From positions 1-36,951 of the IMG/VR virus record IMGVR_UViG_3300010052_000161: 36,951 nucleotides of DNA. One strand, written 5' to 3'. Of this stretch, positions 1 to 9,156 are shown piece by piece. The notes below the pieces were generated by a model. That model saw only the letters and a list, made by a program, of their open reading frames with translations. It was not told the DNA's origin and did not search any database. Both the position numbers and the translations under genes were made by a program. This DNA comes from a virus. Taxonomy: Duplodnaviria > Caudoviricetes. How positions within the stretch are numbered: position 1 is the first letter of the stretch; each line of letters begins with the position of its first letter.

Positions 1-81
1 CGGTCACCGCAACTCTTCCTGATCGTCTGGATCGCCCGCGGGAGCTTCATGTGGTCCATCGGCTGATCGTCCGCAGGCGGA

Positions 82-2151
82 CTACTGCAGCTCCCCCTGG
101 TCGTCGACCCATTCCACGCCAGTCGTAACCTCCAGGGTGACGTCCTGGCCGAGGACCATGTGCGCCCCGGCCCGGGCCCACCGCGTCGCGAAGATCTGGT
201 TCCACGAGTAGAAGAACCGCTGCTGGGCCGGCCGGATCTTGAGGCGGTTCTTGAGCTGGCCGATGTCGAGCTGGATCACGTCTGCCTGGTCGGCGGAAAT
301 GGTCAGCGTCGTGGTCCGTTCGGCAAACTCGTACTCGACCTCGGTGACCCACGCCCGGATCGATTCCCACCCCGTCGTGATCGTGCCGCCGTCGTCGCTC
401 TTGGCCGCGATGTTGATCCGCTTCCCGAGCCGGGCCCACGAGTAGTCGAGCCCCTCCAGGTGGACCGCCCCCGTGTAGATCAGGTCTTTCTTCTGGTTCA
501 CGATCTGCTGGGCGAGCGTGTAGAACCGCGACAGGCGGAGCGACGTCGTCACCGGCGTCCGGTAGATGAGACCGACCGCCAGGGCCTCGTCGTACTCGTG
601 CTTCTCGACGGAGAGGCCGTTCGCCGCGGCGGTCCCGACGAGGCCCGCCGCCGGATAGCGGACCTTGATGGGCATCGTCACGATCGGCGTCACGAGCTGG
701 ACCTGGTACGGCTCCTGCAGGTACGGCTGCAGCCCCGGCCGCAGGCGGCAAAGATGAGTGTTCGGGCCGAAGTCGACGAGGCCGCGGCGGAGGTCTCCCT
801 TCCACCCGCGGAGCGTCTGCCAGCGGCCGTTCCCGCCGGCCCCCGCCTTGTACCGCACGAGGATCTGGGGGCCGTAGGTCTGGACGGCGTTCCCCTGGAT
901 CTCGGAGACGATTTCGTTGGTCCCGTCCGAGATCTGCACCGTGATGATGTCGGGGACCTCGATCGACGTCGCGCCCCGCCCCGCCATCCGGGTGAAGGCC
1001 GGGTCGGTGATCTGGAAGGCGTGGTGCCCGTTGACGCTGTTCCCGACCGGATCGGTGAGGTTAAAGGGGTCGATCGACTCCAGGGTATTCGGCGGCGGGG
1101 CGTCTCCGGAGGAGGACTCCGCATCGGACGGGTTCGTCCAGACGTAGGACCGCCACTCGACCCCCTCGGGGCCATAGAACGTCATCGCCCCGTGGCAGGT
1201 CTCCGCAGTCCGGCGGATGTCCATCGAGAGCAGGGGGAATTCTTCCCCGGGGGCGTTCCACGTCAGGGTGACGGTCGGCGCGGCGGTGAGTTTGTCGACC
1301 CGCCACAGCCGCGTCCCGGGTTCCCAGCGGCACTTGAACTCCGGGGACCAGGTGCCGAGGAGCCGCTCGATCACGCTGCGGACCGACTCCGACTGGCAGA
1401 CGACCTTCTCCTGGGGGACGAACGACAGGCGGCCCGCCCACGCGGTCCCGCTCGAGCTGGACTCCTCGGAGCCGAGGTCCTCCTCTTCCCACGGGGTCTC
1501 GACTCCGGTCGCGGTCCCGTCTCCGGGTGCCGCGTTGCAGTGGTAGAGGGGGAGCGACTGGTAGTCGAGAACCGACGTGATGATCTTGCCGAGCGACGCC
1601 CCGAGTTCGATCGCCAGGGCGAAGTCGTCGTCCGAGTCGATCGAGGCGTTGTAGACGACGCGGGGGTAGGCCGCCGGCGAAGGGACCGGAAACTCCTCCT
1701 CGTCGCTCGGGTTCACCTGCCACGGGGAGGACATGCAGACCACGCGGCGGGTCGCCCGGTACGACGGGTCGTAAGCGACGACCTTGACTTCGCTCGTCTC
1801 CCCGGCGGGCTCGATGACCTCGATCCACCCCTCGAACAGCGGGTTGTCTTCCCCCTGGGGATCGCCCTCCAGCTCGCCGGCGTCGTCCCACGCCCGGAGG
1901 AAGGTGGCGTACTTCTGGAACGGAAGGGTGTGCTGGGCAGCCGAAACCGTGAACGACAGTTCCGCCGCCTGATCGTAGGCGGTCCGAAGCACGGCGTTCC
2001 CGATCCCGAGCGCCGCGGTGTCGACGTCGGCATACGCGGGGGGGAACTGGGACGTCTGGGTCTGGAGGCGGAGGGCTATTGGTAGATCCTCTCGATGGAG
2101 TCCATCACCGGCCCGCGGCCGCGGTAGATCTCGACGAAGTGCGCGTCGCAC
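82..2151 (-). CDS. Large phage tail/baseplate hub-like structural protein (start uncertain: GTG 2151 or ATA 2079)
   Basis: 689-aa ORF with strong GC3 bias, downstream of tube and gpG-like genes. Beta-rich segments typical of tail hub proteins (LFEGWIEVIEP..VKVVAYD; VTEVEYEFAERTTTLTIS). Confidence 0.6.
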   Translation of the reverse strand: MRRALRRDLPRPRAGDGLHREDLPIALRLQTQTSQFPPAYADVDTAALGIGNAVLRTAYDQAAELSFTVSAAQHTLPFQKYATFLRAWDDAGELEGDPQGEDNPLFEGWIEVIEPAGETSEVKVVAYDPSYRATRRVVCMSSPWQVNPSDEEEFPVPSPAAYPRVVYNASIDSDDDFALAIELGASLGKIITSVLDYQSLPLYHCNAAPGDGTATGVETPWEEEDLGSEESSSSGTAWAGRLSFVPQEKVVCQSESVRSVIERLLGTWSPEFKCRWEPGTRLWRVDKLTAAPTVTLTWNAPGEEFPLLSMDIRRTAETCHGAMTFYGPEGVEWRSYVWTNPSDAESSSGDAPPPNTLESIDPFNLTDPVGNSVNGHHAFQITDPAFTRMAGRGATSIEVPDIITVQISDGTNEIVSEIQGNAVQTYGPQILVRYKAGAGGNGRWQTLRGWKGDLRRGLVDFGPNTHLCRLRPGLQPYLQEPYQVQLVTPIVTMPIKVRYPAAGLVGTAAANGLSVEKHEYDEALAVGLIYRTPVTTSLRLSRFYTLAQQIVNQKKDLIYTGAVHLEGLDYSWARLGKRINIAAKSDDGGTITTGWESIRAWVTEVEYEFAERTTTLTISADQADVIQLDIGQLKNRLKIRPAQQRFFYSWNQIFATRWARAGAHMVLGQDVTLEVTTGVEWVDDQGELQ

Positions 2152-2459
2152 GGGAACCGCAGCTCATGGGCGATCCGGGGGCCGACCTCGACCCCCGCAG
2201 CCGCCTCGTACGAAAGGACGCACCGCTGGTGATTCGACACGACTTCGACCACGCCGTGCGTGACGTGAACGATCTGGTTGTGGAACGGGTGGTAGTGAAA
2301 ACTGGTCCGGCGTCCTCCTTCGGCTCGGGATTCCCAGATCTCATAACCGTCCACCGAGAGAATGCGGCGGGTTTCTCCCCACGGCTTGCGGGTCCATCCG
2401 GCGGACTCCGCGCGGAGCGGCTCGGGGAGAAGCGGGAGAATGGAGAGGAGTCCGAACAT
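2076..2459 (-). CDS. Cupin-domain protein
   Basis: KPWG followed by TSFHYH and VEVGPRIAHEL match the two cupin motifs of mannose-6-phosphate-isomerase-type cupins. Confidence 0.7.
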   Translation of the reverse strand: MFGLLSILPLLPEPLRAESAGWTRKPWGETRRILSVDGYEIWESRAEGGRRTSFHYHPFHNQIVHVTHGVVEVVSNHQRCVLSYEAAAGVEVGPRIAHELRFPCDAHFVEIYRGRGPVMDSIERIYQ

Positions 2460-2554
2460 GTCTCGCCTCGCCGGGTTTGGTCCAGGGTCTGTCGCGTGAC
2501 CAGGTCGACGATCGTGTCACGGGCCGACGATCGCGTGACCCGGTCCACGGCGCG

Positions 2555-3190
2555 TCACCCGGCGAGCCGGTGGCGAAGCAGGTCCTCGGCGAAGTCCGCC
2601 AGGATCGACTCCATCTCCTTGACCCACTCGTCGGGAGTCGCGTCGGGAATCAGCGGACGGACACGATCGAAATCCTTCGCGTAGTCCCGGCCGAAGCCGA
2701 TCGTGACGTTCCGCTTCTGGGCGTTGACTCGGAAGATCTTGTCCGCGCCGCTGTAGCCGGGGACCACGGCGTTTCGCATCAGGCCGTCGTCGACGCCGAT
2801 CAGCGACCCGGGGGGTGTGTCGCGCTTGGACTGCCCGTAGAAGTTCTTGACGGGGAACTTGTTCCTGCCACGTCCCCTGTAGGTGGTGACGCCCTGTTTG
2901 ATGTCCCTCAGGGCTCCGAAGATCCCGGACGCGGCTTCGGACTTCTTCTTGAACGAGGGTCGCCAGCCCTTCTTTTCGGCCTTCACGATCTCGGTCGAGA
3001 GGGCGAGCTCCTTCCATTTCGCGCCGTCGACGCCGACGCCTCGATTGGAGAGAGCCTCGAAGTTCTCCTTCACCTCCGCCATCGCGTAGGTGCCGAGTTT
3101 CAGGAGGACATCACCGATGTTCTCGATGGTCAGGAATGGCTTCCCGATCGCCTGTCGAAGTTCAGTGGCGTCGACCTGGAACGCGAACAT
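2555..3190 (-). CDS. Phage virion morphogenesis / tail completion protein (Mu gpG-like)
   Basis: Start at MFAFQV (ATG 3190). The motifs VKENFE..GVDGAKWKELALST, LIGVDDGLMRNAV and VTIGFGRDYA resemble gpG-family signatures. Tail-module position. Confidence 0.65.
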   Translation of the reverse strand: MFAFQVDATELRQAIGKPFLTIENIGDVLLKLGTYAMAEVKENFEALSNRGVGVDGAKWKELALSTEIVKAEKKGWRPSFKKKSEAASGIFGALRDIKQGVTTYRGRGRNKFPVKNFYGQSKRDTPPGSLIGVDDGLMRNAVVPGYSGADKIFRVNAQKRNVTIGFGRDYAKDFDRVRPLIPDATPDEWVKEMESILADFAEDLLRHRLAG

Positions 3191-3290
3191 CGGAGGATGC
3201 CGTGCGTGAAGGAGATCTCGGGAGAGGCGCTGACCTCGAACCCGAACATCAGATCGTGTCGTAGGTGAACGAGATCTCGGGCGAGGCACT
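3173..3290. repeat. 59-bp imperfect tandem duplication spanning the tail-tube stop and next gene start
   Basis: 3173-3231 vs 3232-3290 align without gaps at 47/59 identity. Confidence 0.9.
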
Positions 3291-4193
3291 GTCCGGCTTC
3301 AGCACGTCGCACTGGATCTGGATCGTCGAGATGTCCTCCCGTGAGTGCGTGTCGGTCGGAGTGATGACCTGGGCGCGGGGCATGTCGATCGAGATCGTCG
3401 TGTAAGTGTCGGCCCCTGTCCCTTCGTGCTTCCCCTTCAGGAGCAGGTTGACGTCGAGCTCGGTCTCGGCGTCGAGAGCCCGGCGGACGACGTCGTACCC
3501 ATTCGTCTCCTTCAGGATCACGACCTGAAATGTCGTCTCCCGGCCGGTCTTCACCACGGCCGAGGGGCTCGTGTCCCCGAGATAGTGGATCTTGAGCGGC
3601 TGGTTGCGGGTGATCTGGAACGACTTCATCTCCTGGACCGCGGACCCGATCGTCAGGACGCAGTCCGCGAACTCGAAGTCGGTCAGGAGACCGAGGTCGT
3701 CGGCCACCGCCGTGTAGTCCCCGGAGGCCAGCACCGTTTCGGTCTTGCCTGTCGCCGTGGCGGACCAGTCGACCCGCCCCGAGTCCTCGGAGCCCTGCAG
3801 CGTGAACTGCGAGCACCGCATTCCCGCGTGACGCTTGCCGGCGTTGGCGATCCCGACTTCCGCCACCTCGATCCCGATGGAGGGGAGGTTGATCGCGGAT
3901 TCCCCGCCGAACACCCACTCGAGAAGCCACTGGGCTTTGCTCTTGGTGGTGCTCGCGTCGAACTGCGGGAACAGCGGTCCGCCGAGGGAGCCCTCCGGCC
4001 GCCCCCGGAACCGGCGGCCATGCTTGCGGCCGTACTGCCCGATCTGCGGAGTGTTGGTCCGGCGGTCCGTCATGAACTGGACGCCGTAGCTGTCGAGCGG
4101 CAGCAGGACGCGGGCCGGAGAGCCGGGGGTCGTCCCCCAGGTCGACTCCAGGTATGCGAAGTAGTAGTGCTGCTGCTGGATCGTGTAAGCCAT
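3249..4193 (-). CDS. Putative phage tail tube protein
   Basis: 314-aa beta-rich ORF. N-terminal ESTWGTTP and central GMRCSQFTLQG are typical of tube proteins. Follows the connector and terminator genes. Confidence 0.7.
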   Translation of the reverse strand: MAYTIQQQHYYFAYLESTWGTTPGSPARVLLPLDSYGVQFMTDRRTNTPQIGQYGRKHGRRFRGRPEGSLGGPLFPQFDASTTKSKAQWLLEWVFGGESAINLPSIGIEVAEVGIANAGKRHAGMRCSQFTLQGSEDSGRVDWSATATGKTETVLASGDYTAVADDLGLLTDFEFADCVLTIGSAVQEMKSFQITRNQPLKIHYLGDTSPSAVVKTGRETTFQVVILKETNGYDVVRRALDAETELDVNLLLKGKHEGTGADTYTTISIDMPRAQVITPTDTHSREDISTIQIQCDVLKPDSASPEISFTYDTI

Positions 4194-4275
4194 CTTGCTT
4201 CCTTGCGACTGGTTCTCGACGACAGGGTCTCGGTGACCGGGGCCCGGCGACCGGGTTTCGACGACATGGGCTCGA

Positions 4276-4797
4276 CTACAGGGTGTCGGCCCGTGGAGTG
4301 ATCTTCATCCGGAGGACGAGCTGGAAAATGTGCTGAGTGGCGTCGACCTTGTCTTTGTCCCGGCCGAGCTTCACGAACGAGATCTTGCTGGGCCCCTCGC
4401 CGACCGGGATCGCGTACCCGGTCCCCTCTTTGAGGTACGTGTCGATGTCGAGGTTCCCCTCCGGTCTCGACTGGTAAATCGCCTTGATGAGCTCGTCCCA
4501 GAGCGCCTCGCTCGTGTCGACGAATCGCCCCGGAGTCCAGTAGACGATGTCGAGGCTGTAGGGGTGGTCCTTCTGGAGGTTCGTCGCCCACTTCGGCGTG
4601 ACGGCCGAGGGCATGATGGCGATCGCCGGGAGGTCCGCGATCGACGTCGGGGATTCGGGACGGTGAGACGCCTCGGCCGGACGTCCCTCCTGGGGCTTCG
4701 ACTCGAAGCGGTACTTCTGGCGAAACACTTTGTCCAAGGCCGGCCAGTGGTCGATGGCGTCCCACACGGACCGGCGGGCCTGCGTCAGCCTGCTCAT
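4276..4797 (-). CDS. Putative tail terminator/completion protein
   Basis: 173 aa, contains DLPAIAIMP, has an ATGA overlap with the gp36-like gene and lies directly upstream of the tube. Confidence 0.55.
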   Translation of the reverse strand: MSRLTQARRSVWDAIDHWPALDKVFRQKYRFESKPQEGRPAEASHRPESPTSIADLPAIAIMPSAVTPKWATNLQKDHPYSLDIVYWTPGRFVDTSEALWDELIKAIYQSRPEGNLDIDTYLKEGTGYAIPVGEGPSKISFVKLGRDKDKVDATQHIFQLVLRMKITPRADTL

Positions 4798-5243
4798 TGT
4801 CGGGTCCTCGCCTGGTTGCAGAAGTAGGTCGGCCCCGAGATCCGCCGCCCGCTTCCGAGGACTCCACCACTCTCGAGAAGCGGTACCGCGATCGAACCCT
4901 GCTCGACCTGCTCGAGCCAGGTGATGGCCCGCTCGTAGTCATCCTGGATGACCTGCGAGGCGTCGGTCCCGCCGATGGTCATGACCCGGAAAGCGGCGAT
5001 GTCGACGCACCGGTCCGCCAGCCAGGCGTTCTCGGGGCGCGGAGTGATCGATCGAACCCGGCTGACGATCGCGGCGTCGATGAGGTTGTTCGCCCACTCG
5101 ATTCCGGCTTCGATCCAGCCTAGCTCCTTCTCGCCCCGCTCCCCGTCGGCGTTATCCCGGTCGGCGGCCCACGTGACGCTGTACTCGGTGAGGCGAGCCT
5201 CCACCGCGGCGACGCTCGCGTAGGTGTTCGATGCGGAGTACAT
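4794..5243 (-). CDS. Head-tail connector, Mu gp36/DUF1320-like
   Basis: YASVAAVEARL, ANNLIDAAI, CVDIAAFR and YERAITWLEQVEQG match the gp36-family pattern. Directly follows the capsid gene. Confidence 0.8.
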   Translation of the reverse strand: MYSASNTYASVAAVEARLTEYSVTWAADRDNADGERGEKELGWIEAGIEWANNLIDAAIVSRVRSITPRPENAWLADRCVDIAAFRVMTIGGTDASQVIQDDYERAITWLEQVEQGSIAVPLLESGGVLGSGRRISGPTYFCNQARTRQ

Positions 5244-5319
5244 GGGACCTCAAAGGAGAACCGGACGCCCCACCGTTGGGAGCAGGGCGTCCGGTCGTGG
5301 CGGCGAGACTTCTGGACGG

Positions 5320-5363
5320 CCAGGCAGAACCGCCAGGCAGAACGACCAGGCAGAACGACCAGG
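5320..5363. repeat. 13-bp tandem repeat (CCAGGCAGAACSR x3 plus partial)
   Basis: Read directly. Lies just downstream of the capsid stop and resembles the capsid 3' end (TCAGGCAAGAACGG). Confidence 0.85.
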
Positions 5364-5373
5364 TGAGGGCCGG

Positions 5374-6456
5374 TCAGGCAAGAACGGTGGCCTGCCAGAT
5401 CGAGTTGGGAGTGACGTAGTTCAGCCCGTAGCAGTCGCCGACGTAGGCTTCGATGCCGACCGGGTTGTGCGTGACCGTGGCATAGGCGAACTCGCCGTAG
5501 TTCTCCGCGAGGGAGGCCAGAGCCGCCAGCGGGTCGTCGTGCAGGTCGAGGGTCGTCGGGACAAGCACCTTGCCGTTGCTCGCCTGGACGAACCCCTCCG
5601 AGACCGGCGGAATGAAGATCAGTTTCTTCGGGTCCATCGTCGGGATGTTGGTCCCGGCCGAATCCTTGTAGCGGCCGGCGACGAAGTGCCAGTTCATCCC
5701 GAACAGGTTCTCGATGGTCTCTCCGCGAAGGACCTGCTCGGCATCCTGGTAGCTCGCCGTGACGTACGTCTGGAACTCGGTCAGAGCTCGCAGGTACTGC
5801 TTCATCGACGGATGGCAGAGGATCTCGGTCGGCGGCGCGACGTTCTCCGCCTCGGCCTGCAGCTTGACGTCCTCGATCAGCTTGTGGAGCCCGAAGCTCG
5901 CTGTGCTGATGTACGCGGAGACCAGGCCGTTGAGGTTCCCCTTGTGCGTGGCGGCGACGCCGAAGTCGATCGCCACCGAGTCGGCATCCCCCACAGCCTC
6001 CTTGATGACCCCGTTGGCGACGTCGTAGTACACGACACCGTCGGTGATGATCTTGGAGACCACGACTTCCTTCTGGATGGCGTGTCGGCGGGCGAACTTC
6101 GCCAGTTGGCGGCGGGTCTCGCGGGTCGCCTTCCGGTCGATCGTCTGGCTGTCCGGCTCCCGAATGGCGTCGATCAGCTCGGCACCGAACGGCATGGCGT
6201 TGAAGGTGTTGAACAGGACACCCCGGCGTTCGTCTGCCCCGACCTTATCCAGGACGCGGGCTTTGGCCCCCTTGTTGTTGAGCGGGGCGGGCCGCTGCTC
6301 GACGGAGTCCACGATCATCGTGAAGTCGTCGGTCTCCTCGTTCGAGGGGTTCACGAAGAACATGTCCGTGAACGGCGTCGGGATCGACGCATTCGTCTTT
6401 TCGCTCTCGTACATCGCCTTGAGAGAGCGGTAGTCGAGAAGGGTCTTGATCGACAT
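5374..6456 (-). CDS. Major capsid protein (HK97 fold, lambda gpE-like)
   Basis: 360 aa in the order protease-decoration-capsid-connector. IDFGVAATHK and C-terminal THNPVGIEAY..PNSIWQATVL are gpE-like. Confidence 0.8.
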   Translation of the reverse strand: MSIKTLLDYRSLKAMYESEKTNASIPTPFTDMFFVNPSNEETDDFTMIVDSVEQRPAPLNNKGAKARVLDKVGADERRGVLFNTFNAMPFGAELIDAIREPDSQTIDRKATRETRRQLAKFARRHAIQKEVVVSKIITDGVVYYDVANGVIKEAVGDADSVAIDFGVAATHKGNLNGLVSAYISTASFGLHKLIEDVKLQAEAENVAPPTEILCHPSMKQYLRALTEFQTYVTASYQDAEQVLRGETIENLFGMNWHFVAGRYKDSAGTNIPTMDPKKLIFIPPVSEGFVQASNGKVLVPTTLDLHDDPLAALASLAENYGEFAYATVTHNPVGIEAYVGDCYGLNYVTPNSIWQATVLA

Positions 6457-6635
6457 GAAAGGTGGGCCTCCCTGCCCGTGAAACGCTCATCCAGGAGCGA
6501 GTGTGTGAAGGGGAATCGAGTGCGGCGGCGGATTAGTCCAGTTCACGCAGGCGTGTTCGCGTTCGAGCGGGCGGATGCCAAGGACATCCCTGGGTTTGGA
6601 GTCCAAACGCCAGGAACACGGTCGAGCAGAATGCT

Positions 6636-7271
6636 CTAATCGGCCCCGAGCTGGACGTCCGTTTTGAGCTCGCCGAGGTAGTGGGTGACCCCGCTCGCCG
6701 TGATGGCGTCGTAGTCCCCGAGGAGCTGGCTCTTGACCACCTGCCCCTCGACGAGCAAACGGCCCGAGGCCTTGTCCACGTAATCGCGGGTCGCTTCGTC
6801 GTACAGGTCGACTTCCTCGTCCAGAACGCCGCGGGCGATCTCGGAGCCGGCGAGGGCCGACTCCGATCCGATCACCGCTTCGTTGTCGGCGTAGGTGATC
6901 GACCCCGAGAGGACGATCGTGTTCGTTCCGTAGTCGACGGACGACACGGTCAGGTTCGTGTCTGACCCGACCGAGATCTTGTCCCCGGCGCGGAAGAACG
7001 AGGCGTTGTCGACCGTCACCGAGGCGCTCGTCGCTCCGGCGTTCGTCTGGGTCCGCTTGCACGGCACCCACAGTTTCGAGGCGGTGATCCGGGCCATGAG
7101 GGTCCCGGGACGGAGGGTCCGTTCGTATCCGGTGTTCGTCCCGTCATAGGCATACGTCGCGTCGATCTGGATCGGCGGGGCGTAGTGCTCCGGACGGGCA
7201 GGAGCGAGCTTGAACTCGCGGAGACCCGCGACGCTGCGGGTGACCTTGCTGTCGACGATGGGCTGTGACAC
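6636..7271 (-). CDS. Head decoration protein with an inserted beta domain
   Basis: TLRPGTLMARITASKLWVP and ARGVLDEEVDL resemble decoration-protein motifs. Located between protease and capsid. Confidence 0.65.
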   Translation of the reverse strand: MSQPIVDSKVTRSVAGLREFKLAPARPEHYAPPIQIDATYAYDGTNTGYERTLRPGTLMARITASKLWVPCKRTQTNAGATSASVTVDNASFFRAGDKISVGSDTNLTVSSVDYGTNTIVLSGSITYADNEAVIGSESALAGSEIARGVLDEEVDLYDEATRDYVDKASGRLLVEGQVVKSQLLGDYDAITASGVTHYLGELKTDVQLGAD

Positions 7272-7338
7272 TGAGGAGGTCCTTGTCTGTCAGGTGACTC
7301 CGCGCGGAGCGGACGGTTTCAGAGGGAGATTCGGGGAC

Positions 7339-7385
7339 TGGCAGGTTCCGGAGTTGGCAGGGTTCGTGATTGGCAGGGTTCGGAT
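7339..7385. repeat. Approximately 16-bp tandem repeat with core TGGCAG(G)GTTC, three copies
   Basis: Copies at about 7339, 7355 and 7371, immediately downstream of the protease stop. Confidence 0.8.
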
Positions 7386-7387
7386 GC

Positions 7388-8536
7388 TCAGACCTTGGCG
7401 AGCTGGACGGCGATCTCGGCGTCGGAGTAGCCAGCGGTCTTGAGCTGCTTCTCGAGGTCCGTCTTGAAGTCGTCCCGCGGAGTCTCGGGAGCGGACGGGT
7501 CCGCCCTCCCCTTGAGCTTGGCCCCGAGAGCGATTCCCTTGGTGTTGAATCCGATGAGACAGGCGACGTCCCATTCGTTGGCCTTGCCGAGCTTCAGCAG
7601 GGCGTCTCGACTCGATGCGGGCGTTCCGCTTTCGATGAGGCTGGCGACGGCCTCGCCGAAGTTCCGCTCGGCGGCCTGGGCCTTAGCCCCCTGGAGAACG
7701 GCGAGCTGGGCGCCGAGGACGGCGCTCTGCTGTTCGAGACGTTTCAGGCGGGCCCCCATCGCGGCTCCCCCTTCCGGGGGAACCGGCGGGGCGCCGTCTT
7801 CCTCGTCCTGCGGCGTCTCTTCCTCGTCATCCTTTTGGGCGTCGTCCTTCTTGGCCCGCTTCTTGCCGCCGATCATGGAGACGGCGAATTTCAGAAGCAT
7901 CGGAAAGTTCGTTTCATCGACCCCCTCGGGGAGTGACAATCCCGGCTTCACGGCATCGAGAAGCTGATTGATCGCGTCAACGATCTCTTGGTCCAACTTG
8001 GTCCCCTCCTTGGGTAGTCCGGCGGCCAGGGCGGCAAATCGTTTCTGCCCCGGCATGGATGGTTGATCGACGATGGCGACGTGCAGCAGTTGAATCGGCC
8101 ACGTCCGGCCGCGCTGGTCCTGGGAGTTCCAGACCACATGCACGGAGACCGGCCAGTCTTCCTCAGTCAGTTCCTTCGCGACTTCGGGCGTCACGTAGGC
8201 CGCGGCCCAGAGCGTCTCCCCGTCGACCCACAAGTCCGACAGATAGGTGATGACCTGATCCGTCGAGGCGTGATGGGTCTCAGGGTCGGAGTGATCCCAC
8301 TGGAGGGGCCGAAGGATGCGGCCGACTTTCTGCCTGGCGAACGAATCCGCGATGGACGCGAGATCTTCCGCCGAGAACGTCGCCTCACCCTCCGACCACG
8401 TCCATGTCCCGACTCGCAGGACGTCCTTCACGATTCGGATTTTTCCAGGGCGATTCTCCCTGGCGGGCAAGCCCGGGGGCGAACCCGGGGGCAAGCCCTG
8501 TTGAGTGAATCGTCCGTTGGCAGAGATGATTGGCAT
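7388..8536 (-). CDS. Prohead protease/scaffold protein (Mu gp32/gpI-like)
   Basis: PLQWDH, VSV and LLHVAIVDQPSMPGQ form the protease domain, followed by an acidic and coiled-coil scaffold-like C-terminal half. Confidence 0.8.
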   Translation of the reverse strand: MPIISANGRFTQQGLPPGSPPGLPARENRPGKIRIVKDVLRVGTWTWSEGEATFSAEDLASIADSFARQKVGRILRPLQWDHSDPETHHASTDQVITYLSDLWVDGETLWAAAYVTPEVAKELTEEDWPVSVHVVWNSQDQRGRTWPIQLLHVAIVDQPSMPGQKRFAALAAGLPKEGTKLDQEIVDAINQLLDAVKPGLSLPEGVDETNFPMLLKFAVSMIGGKKRAKKDDAQKDDEEETPQDEEDGAPPVPPEGGAAMGARLKRLEQQSAVLGAQLAVLQGAKAQAAERNFGEAVASLIESGTPASSRDALLKLGKANEWDVACLIGFNTKGIALGAKLKGRADPSAPETPRDDFKTDLEKQLKTAGYSDAEIAVQLAKV

Positions 8537-8652
8537 GACATAAGGCCAGTCGCCACGGGGCCGAGAAGCGCGGTCAGCCCCTCAGTTCATGGAAGAGCGA
8601 CGCGAGCCCTGTCAAGACGGCGAAGATCATCCCTGAAGTTCACGGAGGAGCG

Positions 8653-9036
8653 ATGCAGACCTGCGAGTCAGCGGCAAAGACGATCGGCTGCTACCCGGAT
8701 ACGGCCCGCTGGCTCTGCCGGCGGTACTCGATCGGGGTCCTGGTGAACCGGTCCCGCCGTGAGCTGTCCGATGCGGACATTGAGGAGCTGCGGCGCCGGG
8801 TCGAGAACCCGCAGTCCCGCATCCGCTCCGCGCGGAGCGGGGATGGCAAGTTCTCCGCCCAGCCGGCGCCGGATCTCTCGGGGGCGATCGTCTCGCTCAG
8901 GGAAGCGGCGAGACGGTATCGGACGGACAAGGGGACGCTGGCGGCGGCGCTCGCGATCGTCAGAGCCGAGTGGCAATCGGCTTGGCCGGCCAGCCAAGAA
9001 GGGAGTTCCGCCAATGCGGGCATGAACGATCTGTGA
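8653..9036 (+). CDS. Small basic protein, possible HTH DNA-binding regulator, divergent from the head operon
   Basis: GGAGG Shine-Dalgarno. AAKTIGCYPDTARWLC and SLREAARRYRTDKGTL are HTH-like. Confidence 0.5.
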   Translation: MQTCESAAKTIGCYPDTARWLCRRYSIGVLVNRSRRELSDADIEELRRRVENPQSRIRSARSGDGKFSAQPAPDLSGAIVSLREAARRYRTDKGTLAAALAIVRAEWQSAWPASQEGSSANAGMNDL

Positions 9037-9085
9037 CATCTGCGTCATCTGTGGAGGCTTTCTGAAATCCACAGAGGGCACAGAT
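9029..9085. repeat. Nonamer-based (ATCTGYGWC) REP-like hairpin, copy 1
   Basis: ATCTGTGAC ATCTGCGTC ATCTGTGG...CCACAGA. A near-identical inverted copy lies at 28894-28931. Confidence 0.75.
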
Positions 9086-9156
9086 CCGGGCACGGGGCCG
9101 TTGTGTCACCGGCGGCCTGAAAGACTGATCATTCTTCCCGACGAACGGACGGCCCT

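Noticed and set aside
1-59. Start of a further minus-strand gene (MDHMKLPRAIQ...)
   Set aside because: Too short at the window edge to support.
160-2085. Long plus-strand ORFs (also 5224-6639, 11134-12990, 14303-16069, 24227-26071, 31315-32730, 33761-35332)
   Set aside because: Antisense shadows of motif-bearing minus-strand genes in high-GC DNA, with no recognisable motifs.
3173-3290. Diversity-generating retroelement TR/VR pair
   Set aside because: Mismatches are not adenine-specific and there is no reverse transcriptase in the window.
5320-5363. CRISPR array (also considered for 33119-33264)
   Set aside because: No 23-47 bp repeats with regular unique spacers and no cas genes.
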